From Eubacteriales bacterium (GTDB lineage: Bacteria > Bacillota > Clostridia > Oscillospirales > CAG-272): a stretch of DNA of 54,236 bases. Below the pieces are notes generated by a model that saw nothing but the letters and a program-made list of their open reading frames with translations, was not told the DNA's origin and did no database searches. A program made the translations under genes and the position numbers. How positions within the stretch are numbered: the stretch's first letter is position 1; the number at the start of each line of letters is the position of its first letter. The stretch covers positions 1 through 54,236 of the forward strand of contig JAZROG010000011.1 of the NCBI GenBank assembly GCA_045648605.1. The letters are read 5' to 3'. Below, in pieces: positions 19,654 to 28,585 of this stretch.

Positions 19654-19723
19654 CAATAATTGTCAATTTTCGATTTCTATGAATATGCTTTTAGTAAAGT
19701 TTCTTTTGAGAGGAGACGAATTC

Positions 19724-19969
19724 ATGGAAACTGTTTCAAAATTGTCTATGCTTTTGCCGGGATGTTCTGCTTTCGTTTGCGAAAACAATGCTTCCGACTG
19801 CATAAAAGCCAGACTTTACGATATTGGTCTTATAGAAGGCACCGAGGTAAAATGCGTTGGGAGAAGCCCTTGCGGCGGGGTTTCGGCATTTCTCATAAGA
19901 GGAGCGATAATAGCGCTCAGAGATGAGGACAGCTCGCAGATCACCGCGAGAGAGGTGAGAAAATGCTGA
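19724..19969 (+). CDS. feoA: Ferrous iron transport protein A
   Basis: Small SH3-like FeoA pattern (LYDIGLIEGTEVKCVGRSP.GG...FLIRGAIIALR). ATG 19724 follows a GAGAGGAG SD. Its end overlaps the feoB start. Confidence 0.85.
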   Translation: METVSKLSMLLPGCSAFVCENNASDCIKARLYDIGLIEGTEVKCVGRSPCGGVSAFLIRGAIIALRDEDSSQITAREVRKC

Positions 19970-21801
19970 CAGAAAACAAAAAAACAACAAAATGTGTTGC
20001 GCTTGCGGGAAATCCAAATGTAGGTAAAAGCACAGTTTTTAACAATTTGACAGGTATGAACCAGCATACAGGAAATTGGCCCGGAAAAACGGTTGCAACC
20101 GCCACAGGAACAGCCGAGAGCGAAAAATACACCTACTCACTTGTGGATCTCCCCGGTACTTATTCTCTTCTTTCACACTCACCCGAGGAGGAGATCGCAA
20201 GCGAATATCTGAATTCGGGAAAATGCGAGGCAGTTGTTATAGTTTGCGATGCCGCTTGTCTTGAACGTAATCTGATATTGGCTCTGCAGATAATGGAGCT
20301 TGGGATAAAGCCGCTTTTATGCGTAAATCTACTCGACGAGGCAAAAAGAAAAGGAATAAAGATAGATTTGAATATTCTATCCAAAAGTCTCGGGATCCCT
20401 GTTATAGGAACGGTTGGAAGAAAAAAGAAAAGCGCAAGAAAGCTTCTCTCGGCACTTGACAGAGTTTTGGATTCGGATGATACAAAATCAAGAAAATGCT
20501 ATACAGACGATGAAAAAATAGATCAGATAGTAAAAAAAGCCGAGGAGCTTGCAAAGGAAGCGGTTACAAGAAATGAGAAAAAAGCATTTGAGCTTGACAG
20601 AAGGCTTGACAGGATACTCACAGGTAAATACACTGCGTATCCTCTGATGATACTTTTACTTGCTGTTGTTTTCTGGATAACGCTGGAGGGCGCAAATTAC
20701 CCCTCAAAATTATTATCGGCATTATTTTTTCACCTTGGAGAAAAGCTCAAAGACATTCTTGTTTTTTTCAGCACTCCCGATATAATTGTAAGTGCGCTGA
20801 TCGACGGAGTTTATAGAGTTCTTTCTTCCGTGGTATCTGTAATGCTTCCTCCGATGGCAATATTCTTCCCTTTCTTCACCATCCTTGAGGATTCGGGATA
20901 TTTGCCAAGAATTGCATATAATCTTGACAGACCGTTTAAGTGCTCAGGAGCTTGCGGCAAGCAGGCTCTTACCATGTGCATGGGATTTGGATGCAATGCG
21001 GCGGGTGTTGTTGGGTGCAGAATAATAGATTCCCCAAGGGAAAGACTTCTTGCACTGCTCACAAACAGTCTTGTTCCATGCAACGGAAAGTTTCCGACTC
21101 TGATCGCTCTGATATCAATGTTTTTTGTTCTCGAAGGAAGCTTTTCTTCTGCTGTTTCAGCTATTATTCTGACTTCTGTTATACTTCTCGGTATTTTTAT
21201 GACGTTTGCCGTAACAAAGCTGTTATCGCTTACGCTGCTAAAGGGAAAGCCTTCATCATTCATATTGGAGCTTCCTTCATACAGAACGCCGCAGATAGGA
21301 AAGGTCATAATCCGTTCCATTCTTGACAGAACTCTTTTCGTCCTTTGCAGAGCTGTAGCCTTTTCCGCGCCTTGCGGTCTTATAATATGGATTCTTGCAA
21401 ATATCAATATCGGTTCTTCCTCAATTCTCTCAATCTGTGCGGCATTTCTTGACCCATTCGGGAAGGTATTGGCTCTTGACGGTGTTATAATTCTTGCGTT
21501 TATTTTAGGATTGCCTGCAAACGAGATCGTAATTCCCATAATTTTAATGACATACCTCTCCTCGGGAACACTTGTTGAACTTTCAGAGCTTGAATCGATA
21601 AAGACACTTCTGATCTCAAACGGCTGGACTGTAAAAACTGCGCTTTCGATGACTGCCTTTACTCTTTTCCACTGGCCCTGCGCCACAACTCTTTTAAGTA
21701 TAAAAAAGGAGACGGGAAAGCTATATTATTCATTTCTTGCGGCTCTGATTCCAACAGTGATCGGAATAATCCTTTGTATGCTTATAAATATTTTGATATG
21801 A
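19963..21801 (+). CDS. feoB: Ferrous iron transporter FeoB (G-protein domain plus permease)
   Basis: GNPNVGKST G1 motif, DLPGTYSL G3 and NLLD G4, followed by a polytopic gate-domain region. Confidence 0.95.
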   Translation: MLTENKKTTKCVALAGNPNVGKSTVFNNLTGMNQHTGNWPGKTVATATGTAESEKYTYSLVDLPGTYSLLSHSPEEEIASEYLNSGKCEAVVIVCDAACLERNLILALQIMELGIKPLLCVNLLDEAKRKGIKIDLNILSKSLGIPVIGTVGRKKKSARKLLSALDRVLDSDDTKSRKCYTDDEKIDQIVKKAEELAKEAVTRNEKKAFELDRRLDRILTGKYTAYPLMILLLAVVFWITLEGANYPSKLLSALFFHLGEKLKDILVFFSTPDIIVSALIDGVYRVLSSVVSVMLPPMAIFFPFFTILEDSGYLPRIAYNLDRPFKCSGACGKQALTMCMGFGCNAAGVVGCRIIDSPRERLLALLTNSLVPCNGKFPTLIALISMFFVLEGSFSSAVSAIILTSVILLGIFMTFAVTKLLSLTLLKGKPSSFILELPSYRTPQIGKVIIRSILDRTLFVLCRAVAFSAPCGLIIWILANINIGSSSILSICAAFLDPFGKVLALDGVIILAFILGLPANEIVIPIILMTYLSSGTLVELSELESIKTLLISNGWTVKTALSMTAFTLFHWPCATTLLSIKKETGKLYYSFLAALIPTVIGIILCMLINILI

Positions 21802-21825
21802 AAAGGGCTAACTCGCCCTTTTTAT
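21801..21825 (+). terminator. Rho-independent terminator after feoB
   Basis: AAAAGGGC-taactc-GCCCTTTTT immediately after the TGA. Confidence 0.6.
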
Positions 21826-21906
21826 ATTTTTCTGAAAAATTCCTATTGCAACTTTTGTTTTTTTAGGTACAATATTAGGTAGAGATGTAAGAAAAAGGAG
21901 TACAAT

Positions 21907-22107
21907 ATGAAAAAATATGTTTTTGCAGCTTTTTTGATGATATTTTTTGTGCTTGGTATGTGCTTTACATATTGTACCGAACAAAATAATACCGTTATAT
22001 TCGGTCCTTATTGCTATTATATTGAAAATGGCGATATTTACAGAACTCCAATGACCGTCCTTGCGGGTGAAACTCTTGCGGAATGGGATGTTTCTTTAAT
22101 AAAATAA
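21907..22107 (+). CDS. Small (66 aa) membrane-anchored or secreted hypothetical protein
   Basis: AAAGGAG SD 7 nt upstream and an N-terminal hydrophobic helix (VFAAFLMIFFVLGMCF). No recognisable family. Confidence 0.45.
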   Translation: MKKYVFAAFLMIFFVLGMCFTYCTEQNNTVIFGPYCYYIENGDIYRTPMTVLAGETLAEWDVSLIK

Positions 22108-22242
22108 GAAAAAGCACTTGCATTTTTTGTCAATATGTGTTATAACTGTTAAGATAATTGTTACTTTGATTTCATAAATAAAATTCAACAAAGCTTTGAT
22201 CTACAGAGTTAAATTTTTAAAAATTAAAGTTTGGTATTGGAT

Positions 22243-23127
22243 ATGGGTAAAAAGCTTATTTCTTTGAGTTTGGTTTTAGCTGTTTTTATTGCTTTTTTTC
22301 GGTTTTATCCTTTGCGTCTGAAGAAAGCGGAGTTTATTCGGTTACTGTAGGCGGCAAAACCTTCAAAAGCAATACTTCAAGTAGCGGAGACGACTGGAGC
22401 TTTGCAGACAGAGTTCTTACACTTAACAATTATAACAGTACGACCATTAAATCCTCCGGCGACCTTACCGTTCATGCTTTAAACAAGGTTAATATAGTCG
22501 GAACAAATGCAAGCAACTATAATTCCTCAAGCTGCGGAATCGTTGTCACGGGAGCACTTAACCTCACCTCTTATGGTTCCTTGTGCATCAAGGGTGCAAA
22601 TAATAATGGGGCAAATGGCGGCGAAGCAATCGTTGCATACAGTGTTTCCATCAACTCTTATGACGGCGCTGTGGTTGATCTTTACGGAGGAAACAATGCA
22701 GTTGCTCTCAAGTCAAATGATATATTCCTTAAAGTTAGAAATGCTAATTTCTATGGCGGAAAAGACGCATCTGCAATCTATTTTGCTAAATCTTCTCTGT
22801 TAAAGGATTTTCCAATGATGTTATTTCTTCCGGTGCTACCTTGAAAGTGCAACATATAATTTTAATGAAAACGAACAGGTAGTTGAATTCAAAAACAAAA
22901 ACAGCAGGATTGTTGTTTCTGCAAAAAATGATTTCACCTACGGCGACTGTAATTCCGACTGAAAGGTCAATACAAAGGATATAGTTCTTCTCGCACAGCA
23001 TCTTGCAAATTATGATGTGACCATCAATGAATTTGCTGCGGATTGCCGTTATGACAGTTCCGTTGACATTAAGGATGCGGTTCTGCTTGTTCAGCACCTT
23101 GCAATGTGGAATGTTTATCTTGGATAA
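22243..23127 (+). pseudogene. Degraded secreted dockerin-containing surface protein
   Basis: Signal peptide MGKKLISLSLVLAVFIAFF breaks at a T7 run (22293..22299), and one extra T restores ...FFSVLSFASEESGVYSVTVGG. The body is in frame 0 to about 22800. Two more frame changes fall between about 22800 and 22855. A C-terminal type I dockerin duplicate (YGDCNSD*KVNTKDIVLLAQHLA / ADCRYDSSVDIKDAVLLVQHLA) carries an in-frame TGA at 22960..22962. Confidence 0.75.
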
Positions 23128-23134
23128 CGAATAA

Positions 23135-23180
23135 AAAATATGAAGCCTCGAATGCTTAAACATTCGAGGCTTCATATTTT
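23135..23180. terminator. Bidirectional rho-independent terminator
   Basis: AAAATATGAAGCCTCGAATG-cttaaa-CATTCGAGGCTTCATATTTT between convergent genes. Confidence 0.8.
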
Positions 23181-24481
23181 TATTTTATAGTTTTATATAT
23201 AAGCGGTTTTCTTGAGATTTTGTCCTCGGTGAAAGAAAGCGATGAAAGGAATTTTTCTTCGGATGCAGGAATTTTGCTCATAACCGATGTGTGAAGCGTG
23301 GCAACAACCTCGCCGCGCTGTACATAATCTCCGGTTTTCTTTTTAAGAACTATTCCCGCAGACATATCTATAATATCATTTTTGTCTTCCCTGCCTGCAC
23401 CAAGAAGGACAGATGCATTTCCGATATCCTCCGCATTCATGCTTTTTATATAGCCATCACATGGAGATAAAACCTCATGTATAACGGGAGCATCGGGCAA
23501 GAGAGAGGGATCCTCTATCATTTTTATGTCTCCTCCCTGCTCTGATATCCATTCCTTGAATTTTTCGAAAGCCTTTCCGCTATCAATGGCATCCGAAACA
23601 AGCTTCTGGCTCTCTGCGCAAGAAAAACCGAGAGAAAGCTCTATCATATTCGAAGCAAGAGCCTCGCAGACAGTGCGCAGATCACCTCTTGACTCACAGC
23701 GAAGCACAGAAATTGCCTCCTTTACCTCAAGCGAATTTCCGATATTGTTTCCAAGAGGGGTATCCATATCCGTAATCAATGCGGAAATATTTCTTCCGCA
23801 AGCCTTACCGATATCCACCATATTTTGACCTAATCTTTCCGCATCCTCAATGGTTTTCATAAAGGCACCGCTGCCTACCTTGATATCAAGCACGATGGAA
23901 TGAGAGCCTGCGGCTATTTTTTTACTCATAATGCTCGATGTTATAAGCGGGATACTCTCTACCGTCGCTGTTACATCACGCAGCGCATACAGCTTTTTAT
24001 CACATGGAGCAAGATTTCCCGATTGACCGATAACGGCAATGCCGATCTTGATGACCTGATCGATAAATTCACTTGGCGAAAGAGTTGTTTTGTATCCTGT
24101 AATTGCTTCAAGCTTGTCAACCGTACCGCCTGTATGTCCTAATCCTCTGCCCGACATTTTTGCCACCTTTGCGCCAAGCGAAGCAACAATGGGCGCAATT
24201 ATCAGTGTTGTTTTATCTCCAACTCCGCCTGTACTGTGCTTATCAACAGAAAGCTCTCCGAACATTGAAAGATCAACCATATCACCCGATCGCGCCATCT
24301 CCATAGTCAAAACGGAGGTCTCATTATCACTCATCCCTCGGAACATTATTGCCATCATAAGAGCTGAGGCTTGATAGTCCGGAATTTCACCACTTGTAAA
24401 ACCTTTTACAAAAAACTCTATTTCTTCCTTTGTCAGCTCATATCCGAGCCTTTTTTTATGGATAAGATCGTACATTCTCAT
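23180..24481 (-). CDS. pdp: Pyrimidine-nucleoside (thymidine) phosphorylase
   Basis: 433-aa ORF with DKHSTGGVGDKT, SGRGLGHTGGT and TDMDTPLG motifs of the Pdp/DeoA family. Confidence 0.93.
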   Translation of the reverse strand: MRMYDLIHKKRLGYELTKEEIEFFVKGFTSGEIPDYQASALMMAIMFRGMSDNETSVLTMEMARSGDMVDLSMFGELSVDKHSTGGVGDKTTLIIAPIVASLGAKVAKMSGRGLGHTGGTVDKLEAITGYKTTLSPSEFIDQVIKIGIAVIGQSGNLAPCDKKLYALRDVTATVESIPLITSSIMSKKIAAGSHSIVLDIKVGSGAFMKTIEDAERLGQNMVDIGKACGRNISALITDMDTPLGNNIGNSLEVKEAISVLRCESRGDLRTVCEALASNMIELSLGFSCAESQKLVSDAIDSGKAFEKFKEWISEQGGDIKMIEDPSLLPDAPVIHEVLSPCDGYIKSMNAEDIGNASVLLGAGREDKNDIIDMSAGIVLKKKTGDYVQRGEVVATLHTSVMSKIPASEEKFLSSLSFTEDKISRKPLIYKTIK

Positions 24482-24493
24482 AGAAAACTCCTA

Positions 24494-24520
24494 TAAAATA
24501 GGGCTGTCCTCTGACAGCCC
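24494..24520 (-). terminator. Rho-independent terminator after the upstream secreted-protein gene
   Basis: GGGCTGTC-ctct-GACAGCCC hairpin, followed on the minus strand by TATTTTAT. Confidence 0.6.
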
Positions 24521-24526
24521 TGAAAT

Positions 24527-25345
24527 TTAGAACGGATTAAATTCGTTGTCCCCAAGTCCTGCGGACACCTCAAAAATTTCGAGCTTGATATCGCTCATTG
24601 TTACCGATACTCCGAGTTCTTCCTCGATTACTATTGCCAAATACCAATATTCGTATTCATAATCATCGGAAGAAACATCAAAATACACCGCGTTATTATC
24701 AACAAAGGTCTTAAGAGGATAAATATAATTTACATTCCCTTTACTGCCCTGACTCACAATTGAAGCGATTCCGGAATCAAGAAGCTCTTCAACATCAAAA
24801 GCATCGATGAAATTTTTATATCCAACGAAGATATAAACTGTTTTTCCTACAGAATCATCAAAAACCACCTTCAAAAGCTGTGCCTTATTAACCGCGATGG
24901 AAAGAATACCATCACTAAAGGCGGCCTCCACAGCGCCCTTATTCGAAAATACCTCATATCCTTTTTCAACATCTGTATTCAGTGCTACATTGATGGTTAA
25001 ACTATCACCATCGAAATTTATTACCAAAAAATAATGGTCAAGCTCGATAGAGTCACTATCAAAATCAAAGCCGCTTCTTCTGAAAACCTCGGAAATATAT
25101 TTTCCTCCGCCCTGAGCTGCGCTGACGGTAAATTTACCTGTTTTTGATGCACCAAGCTCCTCTTAACCGTCGAAAAAGGCATCGACTACATTATCCGACA
25201 CAGAGGGACAATAAAAACTTGAAAGCTCCTCTATGACACCGCTTTCTTCGATTATCGGAAAGTCAGAGGTCATTGTCTCACTTGCCGCAACAGAAAGAGA
25301 AAGCACAACGGAAAGAATAGCTACAACCAAAAAAAATTCTTGCAA
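24527..25345 (-). pseudogene. Secreted hypothetical protein interrupted by an in-frame TAA
   Basis: Track ORFs 25163..25345 (hydrophobic signal-like N-terminus FFLVVAILSVVLSLSVAA) and 24527..25027 share a frame with no other stop between them. The junction reads DAFFDG*EELGASKTGKF, with TAA at 25165..25163. The C-terminus is LGDNEFNPF. The start is uncertain (TTG; an 8-nt homopolymer at 25328..25335 lies near it). Confidence 0.6.
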
Positions 25346-25377
25346 ATTTTAACAGAAAATTTTACCACCTATAAGAT

Positions 25378-26007
25378 TTATTCAAAGGGATTGAATTCAT
25401 TATCGCCTATCACATAATCGCCGCATTTTCCGGAAAATTCGAAATCAGACGCAAGAGTATGTGCATCACCGACCTTATTATGAGAAGCGAACAATGCATC
25501 CTCAAGAACGGTGCTTACAGCCTGAAAAGCAGTAGCGCCCTCGGAATAAGAAATATAGAGATCATTCTCTACAAGCTTTATGATAAATTCATTATCTCCA
25601 AGCTCGGCATCGGGAAGCGAATTTACACCTATAATTATCGCATATTCGAGGCCCTGCGCGCTTTCCGCGCTTACAATATCTTTGCCAGAAATTGCTTTGA
25701 TCTTCTCGGAAAGATATTCTGAAATATTTTTTTCAACGATATTGTCGCCACTAAAAACGATGCTGTATTTTTCGATGTCATTTTCACCAAGAAAGATAGA
25801 GACAGGCGCAGCTTCTGTTACAATGTCACTGCTATCATCACCATTTTCGGGTGAGGAAGCATTCGTATCGGAAAAGTCGGCCGTATCACGGGTATTGCCA
25901 ATATCCGTGCTGTCATTTGTACCGTTGTTATTTCCTTCGCCGCAAGCAACAAGAAAGATTGCCAAAAAAACCGTTAAAGCCAGTAATAGAAATTTTCTTG
26001 TTTTCAT
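25378..26007 (-). CDS. Lipoprotein, unknown function
   Basis: MKTRKFLLLALTVFLAIFLVAC has a lipobox (LVAC) followed by a G/N/D/S-rich linker. The GGAGGAAAT SD abuts ATG 26007 (the track start 26082 is too long). The C-terminus is IGDNEFNPFE. Confidence 0.75.
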   Translation of the reverse strand: MKTRKFLLLALTVFLAIFLVACGEGNNNGTNDSTDIGNTRDTADFSDTNASSPENGDDSSDIVTEAAPVSIFLGENDIEKYSIVFSGDNIVEKNISEYLSEKIKAISGKDIVSAESAQGLEYAIIIGVNSLPDAELGDNEFIIKLVENDLYISYSEGATAFQAVSTVLEDALFASHNKVGDAHTLASDFEFSGKCGDYVIGDNEFNPFE

Positions 26008-26190
26008 ATTTCCTCCATAAAAATATAAATATATATAATTATACCATATTAACCATCCATTTACAATCGTCATTTTACACAATTTAATGCTTTTTTTTTG
26101 TGCGTTTTGATGTTTTTGGGATAAAGATTATTTTTGCTCTTGTAACGGATAAAGAAAACCATTATAATGTAAAAAAAGGAGGTTTAAAAT

Positions 26191-26853
26191 ATGTCAGTAA
26201 CATATGATAGCATAATTAAAGACAGCTCGATTTCAGCATATATAAAAAAGGCCGATGAATCGCTTATTTCTCTTGGATATACCGAGCACAGCTTTGCGCA
26301 TGTTTATAAGGTGGCTTCAAGCGTTGAGATGATACTGAGGGGGCTAGGATTTTCAGAGCATGAGATAGATATCGGAAAAATAGCCGCGCATTTACATGAC
26401 ATCGGTAATGTTATAAATCGCATTGAGCATTCTCAAAGCGGCGCAGTTATGGCATTCAGAATACTTGATAAAATGGATATGCCCGCCGAGGATATTGCAA
26501 CCGTAATAACCGCCATCGGCAACCATGATGAGGGCACGGGTGTGCCTGTAAATCCCATTGCGGCGGCACTTATTCTTGCGGACAAGTCGGATGTAAGGCG
26601 TTCAAGAGTGCGAAACACACAAATTTCAAGCTTTGATATTCATGACAGAGTAAATTTTTCTGTTGAAAGCTCTGATCTTATACTTGATACAAAATCAAAA
26701 ACCATTATTCTTGATTTGAAAATCGACACGGAAATAAGCCCTGTTATGGAATATTTTGAGATATTCCTTGAAAGAATGCTGCTTTGCAGAAAAGCATCGG
26801 AAACGCTGGGGATGAAATTTTCACTTATTATTAACGATCAAAAGCTGCTATAA
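26191..26853 (+). CDS. HD-domain metal-dependent phosphohydrolase
   Basis: HSFAHV ... AAHLHDIGN ... GNHDE ... LADKSD is the classic H..HD..D HD-superfamily signature. A strong AGGAGG SD is present. Confidence 0.8.
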   Translation: MSVTYDSIIKDSSISAYIKKADESLISLGYTEHSFAHVYKVASSVEMILRGLGFSEHEIDIGKIAAHLHDIGNVINRIEHSQSGAVMAFRILDKMDMPAEDIATVITAIGNHDEGTGVPVNPIAAALILADKSDVRRSRVRNTQISSFDIHDRVNFSVESSDLILDTKSKTIILDLKIDTEISPVMEYFEIFLERMLLCRKASETLGMKFSLIINDQKLL

Positions 26854-26873
26854 AGGCGTAACACTATTAAAGC

Positions 26874-26913
26874 AAAAAAATGAATCAAATGCCAAGCATT
26901 TGAGTCATTTTTT
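26874..26913. terminator. Bidirectional terminator between the HD gene and the GH43 remnant
   Basis: AAAAAAATGAATCAAATGC-caa-GCATTTGAGTCATTTTTT (one mismatch). Confidence 0.65.
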
Positions 26914-27831
26914 ATCCAAGAGCAATTCTTCCATCTTTTTCGAAAGCATCGAAAATCAATGTGCGTTCGTCGGTGAAATGCTCGGGACCGTGGATAACCA
27001 TTTTCTGTTTTCCGTCAAAGTCACAGAAAAACATAGCATGGCCGCCGTTTTTGTCATACACGGGCGCATCAAGATGCTCCCAATTTCCATGTATTCCACC
27101 GCTTCTGCTGACCGCCCGCGCAACGATATAATTCATATCGGGATAGGGCGACCAAGTGAGAAAGAGGCTTCCGTCGCTCAGCTTTACTATAAAAGGAGCA
27201 TCCGAGCCGTATCTTGTAACCGTCTTGCCCATAAATTCATGCACAGACGGACGATTTTTTGATCTTGGAGCATCAAAGGATTCAAAAAGCACAAAAGGAT
27301 CACCTATAGGCTCTCTCAGATCAGCGGAAAGCTCTACTGCACATATTTTGCCAATATAGCACCCCTTCTCCTCCGAATAATTAAACGGCCAATCAGCGGA
27401 ATATACCATATAAGGAGTTCCGTTTTCTATATAAAGTGTTCCATCAATACAGCTATCGTTTTAGGAGTGGACGGTGCATTGATTATCGGCTCATAAATTC
27501 CGTCAACAGAATCAGAAACCGCTATCTGAGTTCCTCTTTTTCCGTCTTTTCCAAGAAGAGATACAAAAAGATAAAACCTTCCGTTATATCGGTGAATTTC
27601 AGGTGCCCAAAGATCACAATAATCGGAGCTGACATCATCGTTTGTAGCCCACGAATCCTCTTGGAGTGTGAAAATTATTCTCGGCTCCTCCCATTCTTTA
27701 AGATCGTGGCTTCTCATTACCCGAAGATGTCTGTCAAAGGTACCGCAAAGGAATGTACCAAAGAGATAATAATATCCGTTTTACGCCACAATGAACGGAT
27801 CTCGGATTATTATTTCATCAAGCTTCTTCAT
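26912..27831 (-). pseudogene. Glycoside hydrolase family 43 (beta-xylosidase/arabinanase-like) with a nonsense codon and a frameshift
   Basis: From ATG 27831 the sequence reads MKKLDEIIIRDPFIVA*NGYYYLFGT (TAA at 27783..27781). It continues ...SHDLKEWEEP...DLWAPEIHRYNGRFYLF. The frame breaks at a 4-nt homopolymer (27459..27462), and one extra base restores STPKNDSCIDGTLYIENGTPYMVYSADW. The start overlaps the upstream stop (ATGA). Confidence 0.8.
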
Positions 27832-28466
27832 TTGTTTTCGAGGCCTTTCACATATTCTGCGATGATCTTTGCTGTGCCATCAACACCGAGAACAGAGGTA
27901 TTAAGAGAAAGGTGATAGTTATCAAATTTACCCCATTTTTTACCTGTGTAAAAATTATAATAATTCATTCTTCTCTTATCGGTCTTTGAGATAAGCTTTT
28001 TTGCTTCATCCTCGTCAACACCCTCATGTCTGTCCATAACTCTCTTTATTCGGCATTCGATATCGCCGTAAAGGAATATGCTTATCCTGTTTTTGTGCTC
28101 GGAAAGGACATAATCCGCACATCTGCCGACAAACACACAAGAGCTTTCGTCCGCAAGCTCCTTGATAATATCCGACTGGATAATGAAAAGCTTATCATTT
28201 ATCGGAATATCGACATTGTAGCTTGTATGTGGCGCACCGAAGGAGTTAGAACCCATTGCAAGAGTGTAAAGCAAGCTGTTTGTGGCCTTTTCATCGATGC
28301 TGTTTATTACGTCGGCATGAAAGCCACTCTTCTGGGCGGCAAGAGTTATAAGCTCTCTATCAACGTATTTGTAGCCGAGAAGTTCTGCGACCTTTTCACC
28401 TATTTCGCGTCCACCGCTACCGTACTGTCTTGCAATCGTAATTGATATTTTTTCTGACATATTCAT
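27828..28466 (-). CDS. Cytidylate kinase-like family P-loop protein
   Basis: ITIARQYGSGGREIGEKVAELLGYKYVDRELI is the hallmark N-terminus of the Clostridial cytidylate kinase-like family. Confidence 0.8.
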   Translation of the reverse strand: MNMSEKISITIARQYGSGGREIGEKVAELLGYKYVDRELITLAAQKSGFHADVINSIDEKATNSLLYTLAMGSNSFGAPHTSYNVDIPINDKLFIIQSDIIKELADESSCVFVGRCADYVLSEHKNRISIFLYGDIECRIKRVMDRHEGVDEDEAKKLISKTDKRRMNYYNFYTGKKWGKFDNYHLSLNTSVLGVDGTAKIIAEYVKGLENK

Positions 28467-28585
28467 ACCTCCGTATAATTACTCTGATAATATTATATCA
28501 TAAAAAGTCCCGTCTGTAAAGTATCATCTTCTATTTTCTTCATCTGCTACATAAATTTTATTACAAAGCTCATAGGAGGACAAAA

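Noticed and set aside
19655-19680. Possible Fur box upstream of feoA (AATAATTGTCAATTTTCGATT)
   Set aside because: It only loosely resembles the GATAATGATAATCATTATC consensus and has no clear dyad symmetry, so it is too weak to call.
20811-21686. 291-aa minus-strand ORF inside feoB
   Set aside because: It is an antisense shadow ORF, whereas feoB motifs are unambiguous on the + strand.
24501-24520. Near-identical hairpins AATAGGGCTGTC..GACAGCCC (24501) and AATAGGGCTGCC..GACAGCCCC (41241) as a REP-like repeat family
   Set aside because: There are only two copies. Both sit at gene ends where ordinary intrinsic terminators are expected, and the similarity is limited to a short GC stem.
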